Source of the DNA: Auanema rhodensis
Lineage: Eukaryota > Animalia > Nematoda
Length of the DNA: 64,000 bases
Reading direction: 5' to 3'
Assembly (NCBI GenBank): GCA_964057225.1
Contig: OZ059898.1
Coordinates: 4,030,001 to 4,094,000 of the forward strand
The translations under genes and the position numbers were made by a program. Shown in pieces: positions 14,601 through 29,492 of this stretch. The notes below the pieces were generated by a model. It was given only the letters and a program-made list of their open reading frames with translations, made no database searches and was not told the origin of the DNA. The first letter of the stretch is position 1; the number at the start of each line of letters is the position of its first letter.

Positions 14601-17600
14601 ATATTCTATTATACTATCTTGATCAACATCATTTGCTGATAAAGTACTAATTAAAGATCCAACAGGAATAGCTATAATACATTTAATTTTAAGTGTTCTA
14701 TTTATTTTAATGAACATACATTCTAATATCTTTCGAGTAGTTATCTTGGGAAAAGCAGGAGGATTATCATTAATATCATTAACTAAAAGTGATAATATAG
14801 TATTTATATTAATTATTAAATAATTTCAATTAAACTAACCTTTAATATCAATTATTGTTGCTATTTCTCCAGGAAATGGTCCAGTTCCAATAACACGAAG
14901 TTGATATTTTGGTCGAATTTCAAAATCTAGTTCCTGAGCTGTTTTCACAAATCCATCTAAAGTAATATGTAAATAAGTTTATAAGTTAAGGAGTTATTAT
15001 TTTGGAAAAAAATTATTCCAAACCTGAATCAATCTCAAATGCTCCATCTATATTTCCTTCCACAATACTATATGTAATACGAGCATCTCGGTTTATAGTT
15101 CCAACTTGTAAAACTTTTTGTCCTCGATCTAATCCTTCATCAACATCTGATATATAGTTTTCTCGTAAGAAAGCAGGCTCAGCCTCGTTTGGTGTGAGTT
15201 TGGAAAAGCTTTTGCGTTCATCTCGAACACGAATGAACCGATCAGATGATAGAGGTCTATTGCCTTGATCTGAGACACGAACGCGAATCATCCATTCATC
15301 TTGAGATCGAACAAGATTTCTAATAATTTACAAAATATTAAACCTAGTTGAATGAATATATTACCGTTTGTAGTAAAGTTTTCCAGAGCTTGGATCAATA
15401 TCCAACATCATTGAAGTATCTTCAAGCAATTCGAAAACTAGCATACTATTTTCATCAAGATCAAGATCAAGCGCTGTTAATCTAAATCATTAAACATAAA
15501 ATATTGTAAATTGAATAGATGTTTTACTGTGTAATCATTGATCCTTCTACGATTGAACTATCCAAAATCAATAGTTGTGATGTTGATGCTGAAAATTGAG
15601 GAGCGCAGTCATTTTCATCAGCTACATTTATTTTAATTGTACACGAATCCTAAAAAATTTTTAAAGTTTTTTTTAATGTGTTGACTGCTATGATATTACA
15701 TTTTTTCCATTTCCTTCTGCAATAATGACAAGAAAATGCTCAGATTTGCTCTCACGGTCAAGTCCTAGACAAGATAAGTGACCAGTAACCGAATTAATAT
15801 CAAAAAGAGAATTTGAAGCTAAAAATAATAATATTAAATTGAAAAAACTGTTAAATAGATAAAATAACTCACTTTGTAACATGAATCTTTCAATATTTTG
15901 TCCAATTACTCTCTTAAATCCAGTAATTGCTTTGTTCTCTGGTATGGTAACTGTACCACATGAAGCTGAACTAATACGTGGTGGTTCAGGTGCAGATGAG
16001 ACAATTATTAATACGGTAGCCCAATCTACATCTTGTGATAAAGATGAAGCCAAAACTAGAAAAAAATAATTTTGTTGAATAATAAAATTAAATTGAAAAT
16101 TACCAGAAAAACGATATTCTCCATTTGCTAATGAACTTTGAAGTTTCATTTCATTTTCGCTAAGTATTATTTGTTTTGGCATTGATATTGGAGATATATT
16201 AGCATTTCCTAAACAAACAAAAAAGAAATTTATAAAAATCATTTTCTTCACACCTTTTCCAGATATTTTGCCTATAACATTACCAACTTCAAAATTATTA
16301 GCAATGGTAAAAACATATTCTGGACGATCAAAAAAATGCCACCGTTTCGAGCTATTCATTAGTCTAAAAAAAATTTTTTTTTTTGAATAAAATAATTATT
16401 TTTTTACTTGATATAAATAGTTTGTTCTGTATGATAAGGAGGTATTGCTGAATCTGATACAGTTACAACTAATGTTTCTTCAGAAGATGGGAATTGTTCC
16501 ATGAATATTTCACCTTTAAATGTATTTTAATATATTTTAATTATAATTATACTAACCTGTTTTAGTATCAATTGAAAAAATATTATCAGGATTAGAAGAT
16601 AATTCATATTTCAATTGACTATTTAATCCATTATCTTTATCTCTTGCTACTATACGATGAATTCTACGAGAACTATCAGGCCATACATATACAATATCAT
16701 CACTATAATATTATTTATTTATTTGTTTGTTTTTTGTTTATATTTACCTCATTATTTCAGGTTTGTTGTTATTAACATCCAAAATATTTATTTTAATTAA
16801 TTGAGTTGATTTTAATTTTCCACATTTCGCTTCTACTACTAGTGAATAATGCTGATTCTGAATATTTTAATTATTTTTAAAATTTTTAAAAATTAAACTC
16901 ACATCAAACCATTCTAATGTTGAAAGTAATGAAATATCTCCAGTATACTGGTCAATAGCAAACATATCTGTTGGATCAATTAATTTATATGTAACTGATA
17001 AGTTGGCTTCAATAGGTATATCAGCAGATGTTGAAGCTATTATTGTATCTGATATATATTTAGTTTTTAATTAATTTTTTGAATTATGTAAAACCTGGCA
17101 ATGTATCTTCAGATAAATCTATTTCAATAATATCTTTTTCAAACTTTGGAATAACTTCTGTATTACCAACAATCTAAATTATGAATTTTAATAAAATATT
17201 TATAATTTTGTAAAAATTACTTGAAATTCAATCAGAATATCATCTACTGATTCTGTTTCAATATTGACTTTTCGAAAATAAATGGCATGAACAGTTTCTC
17301 CAACATGATCTTTTAATCTTCCACTTAAATATACTGTTCCACTAACTTCATCCAATTCAAATAATTGAGTCTATATAAATTATAACTTAAATTAATTATA
17401 ATTATATTACCTTATTTGATAAATTGTAATAAAATTGTCCATTTTCAGTATTATCTCCAATGACCGCAACTTTAGAACCGATTGGTAGAGATTGCGACAA
17501 ACTTACAGTTTCTCGAAGATTCTATGGTAAAGACAATATTACGTATTTTATAATTTTTATATAAAAAAACCTTAGATAATGGTGGAAGAATCTTTAATGT

Positions 17601-20600
17601 TAATAACTTTTGACGTCCTTCTTTGTCTGATAAAACAAGAACGAGATGCCATGGAGGTAATGTTGATGGTAACGAAATAAGTTTCAAGATTCCATTATTT
17701 ATAAGAAAATTATTGGAAACTTCTAAATTATTTAATTAAATAAACATATATAGATATAGATAAATATACCTGAGCTTTGTAATAACCATTTATGAACACC
17801 GGATGCTTTTATTTCTTTTAAATAACACATAGATGTGCAATTTAGAGGTATACGAATTGTTCTTAAATAATTCAAATATTCTAATATAATTTTTTCAAAT
17901 TTAATTAAAACCTTTCGAATGGTTCTGCTAATTGTACAGCAGTTTCTCCTTTTGCTACTTTGATTGGAACATGACATACAGATGATTTTCGAGGATGTCC
18001 ATTATCAGAAGCAATAACTGATATACGAAAATCATTAGGATCTAAATCAGTTAACTTTCTTCGAAGACGTACATCACCTGAATAAAAAAATTATTACACT
18101 TATAATTAATATTTTTATTTATATACCATTGCTATTAATATGAAAAAGTTGATGAGTTTGCTGTGCTCTATAAACAACAGTACTATTTTCACCATAATCT
18201 GGATCAGTAATCACAATAGAACCTAAATTCATTATTCAGATTATATAATTGTAAAAATAGTTGTTTTTTACCAAAAGATGTTGTTGTATCAGCACTAATT
18301 GGAACAACTAAAGTATGTAATGAAGAACACGATGGAGCATTATCATTAACATCTAAAACTCGAATCCTGACTGTTGTCGTACTAGATAGAGATGGCTGAA
18401 AAACGAATATATGATAAACATGTCTTTTTTTTCAAAATATTATATATAAATTATAAAGTAAATAATTACATGTCCACGATCCTCTGCTAAAATTGTTAAG
18501 TTGTATTCGGATTTCTTCTCTCGATCAAGCTCTTTCTTACAATATAAAGAACCAGATTTTTCATCAATACCAAAATTCTAAATATTGAAAAAGTATTAAT
18601 AATAATAAAATAATTATTTAATTTACATCAGATCCATTTGTTATTCGATAATTAATAATTCCATTTTCATCTGAATCAATATCTGTTGCATTAACACGTA
18701 ATATTTCCACCATTGATACAGAATTCTCAACAACCTTCAATGAAATTCAATTAAATTTTCTTAAATTTAATAAAAACAAACCTCAATGTTATATATTTCT
18801 TTTTCAAATATTGGAGCATTATCATTAACATCACTCAAATGTAATAAAACTGTCATATTTGCTGATTTTGCAGGAATTCCAGCATCAAATGCTTTTACAC
18901 GAATTCGATAAAATTTGATTCGTTCATAATCAAGTGTTGCTGTTAATTGTAGTTGTCCAGTAGAAGGATGAATCATAATTGGACAGGTTGGATGTGATGA
19001 TATGATGGAATAAGAAACTTCTCCATTCTAAAAATTTATATTTTTATAATAAAATAATTCTAATATTTCTTACTTTTCTTTTATCTTTATCTGTTGCGTG
19101 TACAATGTAAAATGGTTCATGTATTGGTTGATCTTCTTTAATTGTTACATCTACAGTATCCATTGGAAATACTGGATAATTGTCGTTATGATCATCGATT
19201 TCAATAAGAACTTGTGTATGATTTGTTCCTCCGCCTACTAGATCAGCCTATAATAGATTTCAAAATAGCTTTGTTCAGTTTATCAACATACTTGAACGTT
19301 TAAAAGTACTGTATCTGATATATCAGCATCAAGATAACGAGCTACTGTAATCCGACCGTTCTCAGGATTTATAATGAATTGATTTCCAGTATTTCCAGAG
19401 GATATGCTATATCTTATGCGTCCCTTTCCAATAGCTTGCACTGTTCCAATTGATATTCCGGGTAGAATATCTTCAGAAGTGTGAATAGTATAACGAGATT
19501 GTGTAAAAACCGGAGATGGAGCATCGCGTGCAATAACATTCAAATTGATTGTAGCCTATTTGTATTTTCAATATATTGTAGAAAAACTACAATTAAACTA
19601 ACTGGATTTTCTGATGCTGCTCCATTACCATCTACAGCAATGACAGTTATTTGATATTTTCCTCGACGTAATTGATCAGAAGCATACACTTCTCCTGATT
19701 TTCTATCGATTCTGAATGGCAGATCATCTGTTGCAAGAGAATAAAATACCTAAAGTATAGAATTATTTGAAGAATTATTTTAAAGTTTTTACTTCGCCCA
19801 AAATTCCTTCATCCGCATCAGTAGCAGCAACATTCAATAATGCTTCTGTGGGCACATCTCCTTCACGAATTGATATATTATATTCAGAAGGATTAAATAT
19901 AGGTGAATTATCATTCACATCAATAACCCTTATACTCACAAAACAAATTCCAATTTGTCCGTCTGAAAGCAGAAAACTGATATGATCTCTAGTTTTTATC
20001 ACTACAACTTTTTCTATGAATTATATTAATTATTTACAAAATAATGCAAAAGCACCTAACAACTTGATTTTATATTATTTTATTTGTTAATTAAATCGAA
20101 CGTAGAAAATTATATCAGAATTAATAAAAAAATCTTGTTAATATTAATTAAATTTTCTTGGCGTAAATAAGAGTTTTCACTTTTGGAAAACAACAAAAAA
20201 CAATATCTTTGCTCTAAATAATACTAGTAATATATAAATATTATATAATATTTATATATTATATATTATATATTTCTTTTTTGGTCTTTTATTACTGTAT
20301 TAACTTACTTTGATCAGTCGCTGTTAACACCAGTTGATGAGTGGATGCTGTTTCATAATCCAACATTTTTTCCAAACAAATAGTACCGGAAGTGGAATCC
20401 AAGGAAAATAACTGAAAACATTAATTGTAAAGATATTAACTATGGTTTGCGTAATACATCTGTTGATCTCTTCTGATTATCTTGAAAAGCATAATGAACT
20501 CGAGGAGCATTTCCACACATTGTATTGTTAGCTTTCACCTGAATATTTCTATTTAGATAATATTTGTATTATTTTAATTTATTTAAAAAATTATATTGAT

Positions 20601-20632
20601 GAAATACTTTATTATAAGTTTAACTATTACAG

Positions 20633-20671
<39 letters not shown>

Positions 20672-21367
20672 ATAAGCATTACTTACTACAATTTCTAGTA
20701 TTCTACAAATTGATCTTATGAGTAGAAAATAATTTTTAGAATTAAAGTTTTATCAATATTATAGTCAAAATTATATTAATTGAGTAGGTTAAGCTTTTTG
20801 AGATTAACCTTAGAATTATATTTTATAAATAATTTGTATGAAATCAATCATTTATATTAATATTATTGATTTTGTAGTATTATAAGTAAGTTTTTACTAC
20901 ATATGATAAAATATATCAAATATTTAATATTTATATGTTTAAAATTATAAAAAATTTCAATAATATTTTATTTTTTAAAATTTAACTCTATTTTATTGTT
21001 AAAAACAGTTTTACTTTTTGTTTATTTTAAAAGCTTTCAATCAATTTAAGTATTCCTTTCCTTATGCACGCATATTTTAAAATTATATAATTTATTTAAT
21101 TATTTGTTACTATAGTTATCCGAATAATTAAAAACATTAGCAATAATAGATTAATCGTTGTATGCTAACTCTTATGAATTCGTTGCCAAGTCAACGGATT
21201 GTCTTCAAACATATCATTATTTCTTCCCAAAGTTTATATTATATAGAAACAGATAATATTATTTGAAATTGTTAACGATTATTATTTATAACAAAAATAA
21301 AATAAATATAGAATAATTTTCTTTTTTTTTATTCAAAATTAGATTTTATCATATAGATTACTAACTT

Positions 21368-21400
<33 letters not shown>

Positions 21401-21507
21401 TATATACATATATATTTCTATGATTTTCTTAAAAATACTAAAAACCTAAATACTCCTTTCTCTCTTTCTCTCTTTCTCCCCTTCTATCTCTCTATACTTC
21501 TCTCTAT

Positions 21508-21577
<70 letters not shown>

Positions 21578-24500
21578 CACACATACTCTATTTCTATCCC
21601 ACTTTCTCTATCTCTATCTTAATTTTACTCTCTTTTATCTTATGTATGTATGTACATAGCTTCATTTCAACAAGAACATATGAAATACTCCGCCCATGTA
21701 TTTTAATATTATTCTCGAAAAAGGCTTCGATTACGCCAGATAATATTTGAGTTTGTTTAACTATTTTTTGCTCATCAAAACATATTTTATATATAAAAAG
21801 TATCTTAACAAATTTTGATTTATGTATTAACTTCAAAAACAAATATATATATTTACAGATTTTTCTCACTTCATGTTAAGAAGATTCTTATTAAATAATT
21901 AATTTAACTATAATTAAAATTATATTGATCAGAAATCGACACGAATACAATATTTTCTAATTTTTAATAGAATTATTTTATTTTTATCTATATATGTATA
22001 TGTATATATATACATATAAATATATATATACATATATATATATTCATATATATAACATTGTATAATAACAACTAATTGTGGTTGATTCATGAAGGAATGA
22101 GCCTCAAGGCTTTTCCTTTACTATATGTTAACCTTGTCGGTGAAATGATCTACATATTAGAGCAACGCTTAAAGGTTAGTATGATGAAAATTTTAAATTC
22201 TAAATATATGTATATATATATATATATATTGCTAATTTTTTATTGTTATGCTGATAGAAAAAACCAAAAATCTTTTCATCAAATTTTAATATTATTCTGC
22301 TTCACATAATTTTATCGAATTTTTTCAAGCAAATAAACCTAAAAATAATGGTTCTCATCATCACAGTAATATTATTAATATTTGAGTTTTATAGCAAATG
22401 GATCAAGAAAAAAGCTTAAAAGTTATAAAAGACATAGTAAATGCTGTGTTTTCAAAAGAGCAGCTAGATGATGTATTTCATCCTCGTCCAATTCCAACAC
22501 GATCTATTTTACGTAAAACATTCGATGCTCTTGCTCATACAAGTTGTATGAAGTTAGCAGAATCAAGGTATAATATTAATTATATAAAACATAATTACTG
22601 AATTATTTAATTTTTTATAATCTTACATTGCAGCATGGATAAGCTATTTGATTTAATGACCATGACATCAAAATTTCAAACTCTAGGTATAATCTATCCG
22701 GAACAGGTAAGTCCATTAAGTGTTCAATGAGATTATAAAAATAATTTTCATTTCTGATAATTAAAATAAAGTTAGAAAACTATTACAGATTCTAATGGTA
22801 GCTGTTAATCATTTGAGAGGTATTAAACAGCTTATTGGAATTAAATATGATAGTGGCTGTATAGCAAATGTTCATCTTCGGGCACGTTTTCTGATCAATT
22901 AAATCAAATAATATTAATTTTAATTTTATATGTAGTCCGATCATTTCACCCCCACGTTCCCAGTCCTATACATGCTGGCAATGCTCTAGCTAATTGTTCC
23001 AATGGCAACATTAGCTGGTTTATCGCCAGCATGCATAGTGACGCCATATTACCTATGCAAAACATTCTATCTAAGAATTAATAATATGAAATACATGTTA
23101 ATTCATATAAATTATTATTATATATATATATAATAATTTCAAATAGAAATAAGTTTTAATTTTCTATTATTCCAGCTTCTAGCTTTGTATCGTCCAACTG
23201 CTAGTTGGGAATGGTCTATGATACGTAATGATCTTCTAGCATATTATCAAGTTAATCATTATCAGTTATTAATATAATAATTGAATAATTTATATTTACT
23301 TCAGGATTGTAAAATTAAAATATCACTACTTATGCGTCAAGGAAGGCAATTGGATGATGGAACTTTTAATCTTCATTTCTCTAATGAACCTTTTTGGTTG
23401 AAACCAGGAGATACTATTCCAGGTTCATGCAAAACTTCTAAATTTCTGTAATTTTTTTATAATTTAAGGAGTTATTAACTATTATGATGTAGATGGAAAT
23501 GTTTATAAAAGAGAAGAACCCGAAGATATTAGATGGACAACAAAACCAAGAACCTTTGGTTTTTTAAAATTTCATGTGCTAATAATGATAATCATAACTT
23601 AATATTTTTTTAATATTATATATTTCAGGATAATTTTGATCTTGAACAAGAAGAGAGATCAACACATCTTGGAGAAAATATGTTTTCAGCAGCATCAACT
23701 TTTCCGGTAAATTCACTTTATCATCCTTATATATATATATATATTTATAATTAATTAAAATATGCAAGAATTAAGTAAAAAAATTCTTTTTTTTCTTTCA
23801 AAGTTTGAAAAATGAACGTAGCAAAAATTACAGAGTATATTTCAAATATTGGATTGGTTGCCTATAGCAACGATTTGAGACAAAACTTTAAATTCAAAAA
23901 AAAAAAGTATATGTATGTATTGAATTCATTTAGTGTGTAAATAAATGAATTATATATTACATATATGTATATATGAGTAATAATTAATTCAAACTATTTC
24001 GTTTTTAATGAGAATGCTTATGATTAAAACTTTTTTTTTCTCAGATTTTATAAGATTAATAATTAAATTGTAAATGTTACTAACCTATAGTTATAATAAT
24101 AATAGTTTTTCTCTTAATAAAAATCTATACTTATATCTTTATATCTTTATATATAGATTATAAGTATAAGTTTTCAAATTTTAAAATAAAATGAAAAAGT
24201 TAAACAAAATTTTTTATAGAATTCTAATAGCTCTAATAAGTCAGAGCCTGTTCCACTACAAGGAGATGAAATGAAATTACTTGAAAGTATTTTTGGAGGA
24301 ATGACTAAATCAAAAGGTAATACTGAAATAATTAGAACAAACGAATTATTTTATTTTTTTAGAAAATGATTCAACTTTTGATTTAATTGGATTAAATGTT
24401 TTTGAAAATGAAGAAGAAGAAGACGAATCTGTTCAAACGTATATTTCAGAAATTAATTCTAATATAGGAAATAAAATTAAAAAAATTGATGCAGCTAGGA

Positions 24501-27500
24501 ATAAGAAAAGTTTGGATGCAATTATGAATGAGGTGATTGTATCTAATATTACTCTAAATTATATATTTTTCTTCTTTTATTTGTTATTACGATCCCTCAT
24601 ATACATATATGTTTCACAAAACATATGAATTTTGAAATGAAAAAATACACAAGTAAAATGCCCAATAAGCTTGAATAAGATCCGAAAATAAAATTTGTGG
24701 ACGAAAAACGTTGTCATTGGAAGGGTTATCCTTCATGTTGCTGTCTGCCTTACTGTCTCAAGAGATTTAACAAAAGGCTTTTAACCGCCGGCACCATTCT
24801 AATGAATAAAGAAAGAAAAGAGTTTCTTAGAAGAAAGAAGAATATTTTAATGAAAAAAGAATCATTTGATATATATCTATTCTCTATAGGCAGATGGTTA
24901 ATATGAGATGACAATATGATCATACCATATACAATATTCAATCATATATGTATATAGTATATAGAATCTTTTAGAAAATCTATCTAAATTTATTTAAGAT
25001 ATGATAAAAGAAAACAAAAGAATATATGTATTTTTTAATTATTATATTTGTTTATTATACTTATATGTTTATTCTATTATATTCTATTTTTTTAGCTCAA
25101 TTTTGATGAGCGTCCTGTTACAAGAGCAAGTAGAAAACCTCGTGGGGCAGATATTTTGAATATGATGGACGAAGTTGCAACCAGGTGAAATTTTTTCCTT
25201 TTTAACATATATTATATATTATATAGACCATACACAGCCCAACAGAATAAAACACTGTATGAACAACGTAGTCGTCCATTAACACGGGATGCATCAAGCA
25301 GAGTAACCTCTAGTTTGACACAGTCGAGGCAGCCATCAGCAAAAAGTCGCACTAGTTCTAGCGGTCCAAGTGGTCGAACGGAAACAAGTAATCCCATATC
25401 TCGATCCCCAAGTATGAACTTGAATATGCAACATGTAGCAACACCACAATGGAGCACCATATATGGATGAACATTGCCATAAACAACATATCAACAATCA
25501 CAAAATAGTATAACAGTAAATATATTATTTACTTATATAATTATTGACAACTTTTGTAATTTAATGAATAAATATATGTTTTAAAAATATTTTTTTGAAT
25601 ATTTCTCTCCTCCCTTGACTCAACTAAGGATTTTACAGTAGTTGACTCTTATAACATGCTAATGATGGTGATTGAGCACCAGATGACCTACAGAGATCTC
25701 TTCTACTTATTTTCAAGCTAGGTAAACAAGTTGTCATGACAGCTGTCAACTCATGAAACAAACCCAACATTTTAGTTATTTGGATAGTAATTGATGCCAA
25801 TAAGTACAATAATATTTAATCAATTAAAAATTATAGGTTCGTACCTTTAAAAGACATGATCCTTTCTCGGCATCTTCTTGAACCAAAACTTCATATAATG
25901 ATTTCTCAAACTGTGGTGGTTTACCATTAGAATCAATAAGATCAGCAATAATCTAGAACAATTCCTATTCAATTAATAAAAAAAAATAATGAATACGGTA
26001 ATATCAGAATGTTTAGGAGGTTTTCCATTGTCTTCCGCTCGAACACGAAATTTGATAATTGGTCCAATTGAACAATCCAACTAAACGAGTTATTTTCTTA
26101 ATGTTTCTTGTTCATTAAAACTTTACCTCTTTCTCAATAATCAATCTTCCTGAATCAGGATCAATTTTTATTAAGTCCGTGTCTAAAACACTATATCGAA
26201 TCCGACCATTTGCTCCTTGATCGGGATCAACGGCATCTAGTACATGATCATTATCTCCATTCCTTTTTATAGTTAAATGCATATTAATTTGTGACCATTG
26301 AGGAGCATTATCGTTAACATCACCTAAAAACATTTTATTTTTATTCTAATATTATATTATATCATACCTATAGTTAATAATACAGGATGTTCAAGAATAG
26401 TTGTATCATCGTCTATATTTTTCATTAAAAATTTCAAATGATATTCAGATATTGTTTCTCTATCGAATAATCCACAAATTAACAAAAGATATATTCTAGA
26501 TGAATCACTCTGTTGTATACATAGTGATGGACATCCACTTAATATCACTTTACTATAAATATAATTATATATATATATATATGTGTGTGTATATAACTTC
26601 TGACAAACCTATTTTTTTGATTTTCATGAACCGATATACGGGCTACAATTGAACCTAATGTTACATTTTCCATCAAATGAGCTGTTGCTGTATCTGTTAA
26701 CCATATGATATCAAGAGCAGGAGCATCCATATTTGAACCTGAAGTAAATAATAACAATTATATAATTTATACAAATAATAAATTACCTTGTATATTAACT
26801 GTAACAAATGTTGTAGCTTCTAATGGAGGTTTTCCATGGTCAGTAGCTACAACTACTAGATCATAAACGGATCCGGGAGGCACAGTTGAAAGCGTTGTTA
26901 AGACCCCAGACGGAGAAATTGAAAAAAATGAAGATGAGCTAGATCTTGTCTACAATTAAATTAAATAAAAATTATATTTTTTTAATATTTACCTTCTGTA
27001 AACGATATGTTAATCGTGCGTTTTCATCAATATCAGCATCAGTTGCTTTTACTGTTAATATAGATGAACCAATGGTAGTAGTTGATGGAATTCTTAAATA
27101 TTAAAAATAACAAAATATATATATATATATATATTTTATTTTAAAAAATTTTAATTATTATTTCATAACACTTACAGTACAGAATATCGAGGCTTCTCAA
27201 ATATTGGTACATTATCATTAGCATCAAGAATATTAATATTCAAACGTAATCGACCAATTCTATAAAATTTATATAAAGTTTTAAGAAGAAAGTTTTTAAT
27301 TTATTTTACTTTGGAGGCTTTCCACCGTCTATAGCTTCAATCATCAACTCATATTTATCTCTATATTCACGATCCAGCTGACCATTAATCACTAAATCCG
27401 CATATAATATTCCATTTAAACGTCTAGTTGTGATCTAAAAAATAAATTTCTTTTTTTTTGCATTCAAACAGTTAATTGTTATAAAGAAAAAAGAAATAAA

Positions 27501-29156
27501 AACATTATGTTACCTTGAAAACGTTGTTGACATTTCCTTGAGAAATGCGGTACTTTTGAACATTATAGCTAGGACCATCCCGATCATCAGCTAACGGTAG
27601 TGGGTATTCAGAGCCAATACGCGCAAATTCAGATATTTCAATCTTAAAAGGAAAGTATGTTTGATGTCAAAAGAAGTTATGCCTGAATACCGTTACATGA
27701 TCTTCTGGGAATGTAGGCACATGGTCATTTTCATCTTCCACTTCAATAGATATTGGAATTCCATCACCGCCTTCCACAGGAATTACCAAAATATCAAAAT
27801 TGGTCTTTTTTTCATAATCAAGGTTTTGTAGTGTAACTATCTCTCCAGTACGTTCATCTACTCGTATTATCTATAATTTATTTTATTTTTATAAACAATT
27901 GCTTAGAAATGAATTGAATGAACTTATAAAATAAGGAAATTTGTATGAATTGTATGTATTATGAAGTATGAGGTAAAAAGGTGCCGTAAGTGGATAACAG
28001 ACGGATGTCAATTAGACCAAACATCGCGTGTTTCCTGTCAACCTTTTATTTTGTCTTTCTCTTCTACATCCTATGTCTTTATTCCTTTTTGTATGTTACT
28101 TTCTTTTCACTATATCTCACTAGATCTTTATGGTCAAACGAACAAGGACGACATCATCTGGACAGAACGGAAGACAGACGTTAGAAAAAGCATGACAACA
28201 CTGATCGTCCTGTCTACAAACGGAACATCTGTTGTTTGTGACAGCTTCATCTGACATTTGATGCTTTAGCTTCGTCAGCAGATTCTTCTCTCTGCTGCCT
28301 TAGAATCTTGACAGATCGCTCTCAGATATTACTTACAAATGCAAATCAACAGAGTTCATCAGAGTATGAAAACGATAAGATCTTGTTTGAGTCTAACTTT
28401 TCTATCTAATAGATATATCAAAAATGAGCTCTACAGGCTCTCTATAGTTACTTAGGTTATTCATTTTAATGAAACGGTCGTGTGCCACTAGTAGTATTAA
28501 CTATACTATCTATATGTATGTACATAATAATAATAATATGAGACTATATGATATTCGGCATACCGAACTATCTAATTATTGTGAGGGATTGTGTCTTATA
28601 AGATGCGTGCTAAAGGCTCTATGGTTTAGTGAAGGTCATATCATTCAGACCTCAAAGGAAAAGAAAAGATCAAGACTATAAGAACGAAGAAAAGTAGGTA
28701 TGAGGTAAGTTGTTCTCATCCCTTTTTGGTCTTCTTAGTATGTCCGTCCTGTTATTCCACTTAGAATTCATCCTCTTTTACCCTCTTCATGGCTTCTTTT
28801 TCTTATCCGCATGATTTATTCCAAAATATCAAGGTCTAATACCTTTATAAGTATATTTTGAAATTTTAAAAAATTATAGTTAAGAAAATGAAAAAAAAAA
28901 CTTCAAAAATAAGATCAAAACACGGAATTTGAAACAAAATCAAGTTGAATAGAAATGTATAAAAATAACTCACTTTCTCTACAACATCATCAGAGTAGAC
29001 CACAAAAAATCGTGGATCTGTGGCTATTTTTGGACTTCCTTCAACATATCCAACGATATGACCAATAGGAACACTTTCCGGTACAGAAAAAAGTATTGAG
29101 TTTGTCAATGATATACTAGTAATTAATAATAAATAGATAAGAATAAAAATAGGCAT
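11633..29156 (-). CDS. cdh-1: Dachsous-type giant atypical cadherin, dozens of short exons
   Basis: Signal peptide in exon 29156-28973; many cadherin motifs (DxNDNxP, LDRE/LDYE, AxDxD, DxGxP); TM helix IAIFGASTIFIALLLLVICCFCC; cytoplasmic PDSGID motif like Dachsous/DCHS1; ends YVQIEI then TAA at 11635-11633. Confidence 0.92.
21511..21573. repeat. (TC)n microsatellite of about 31 units, preceded by degenerate CT-rich repeats
   Basis: Uninterrupted TC dinucleotide run. Confidence 0.95.
22097..25470 (+). CDS. OSCP1: OSCP1 (organic solute carrier partner 1, cilia-associated), nested antisense in cadherin intron 20539-25844
   Basis: MSLKAFPLLYVNLVGEMIYILEQRLK, LAHTSCMKLAESSMDKLFDLMTM, THLGENMF and GADILNMMDEV match the OSCP1 family pattern; about 12 exons; TGA at 25468-25470. 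Confidence 0.92.
22966..23038. other. 73-nt imperfect hairpin in an OSCP1 intron; its apex is an X-box-like site (22996-23009)
   Basis: CTATACATGCTGGCAAT..TAGCTAAT.GTTCCA pairs with TGGCAAC.ATTAGCTG..ATCGCCAGCATGCATAG over about 30 bp; centre is GTTCCAATGGCAAC. Confidence 0.6.
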
Positions 29157-29492
29157 AGTTGTATGAATTTAATAAATGAGTAGTAACTTAATAGAATAGT
29201 GACAGCTTAAGATAATTCTGCATATCTTTTTAAGAAAATAATCTGAAACATAAATATAAATGTACATACATATATTTATATATAAATTTTTAAAAAAAAG
29301 ATCATTTTGAAAAGATAGATGAGTGCAAAAGAGGAGAAGAAGTAGAAATTGGTGATGGTAATTGTAGATGAGGTATGAATCATTCAAATGTTCTATCACG
29401 AAGCAGATGGTACTACTAAAGAACCTTAAAATCATTCGTACCAGCCGGATAATTGTTTAAGCCATATATAACATATGCATATTATAAATTTT

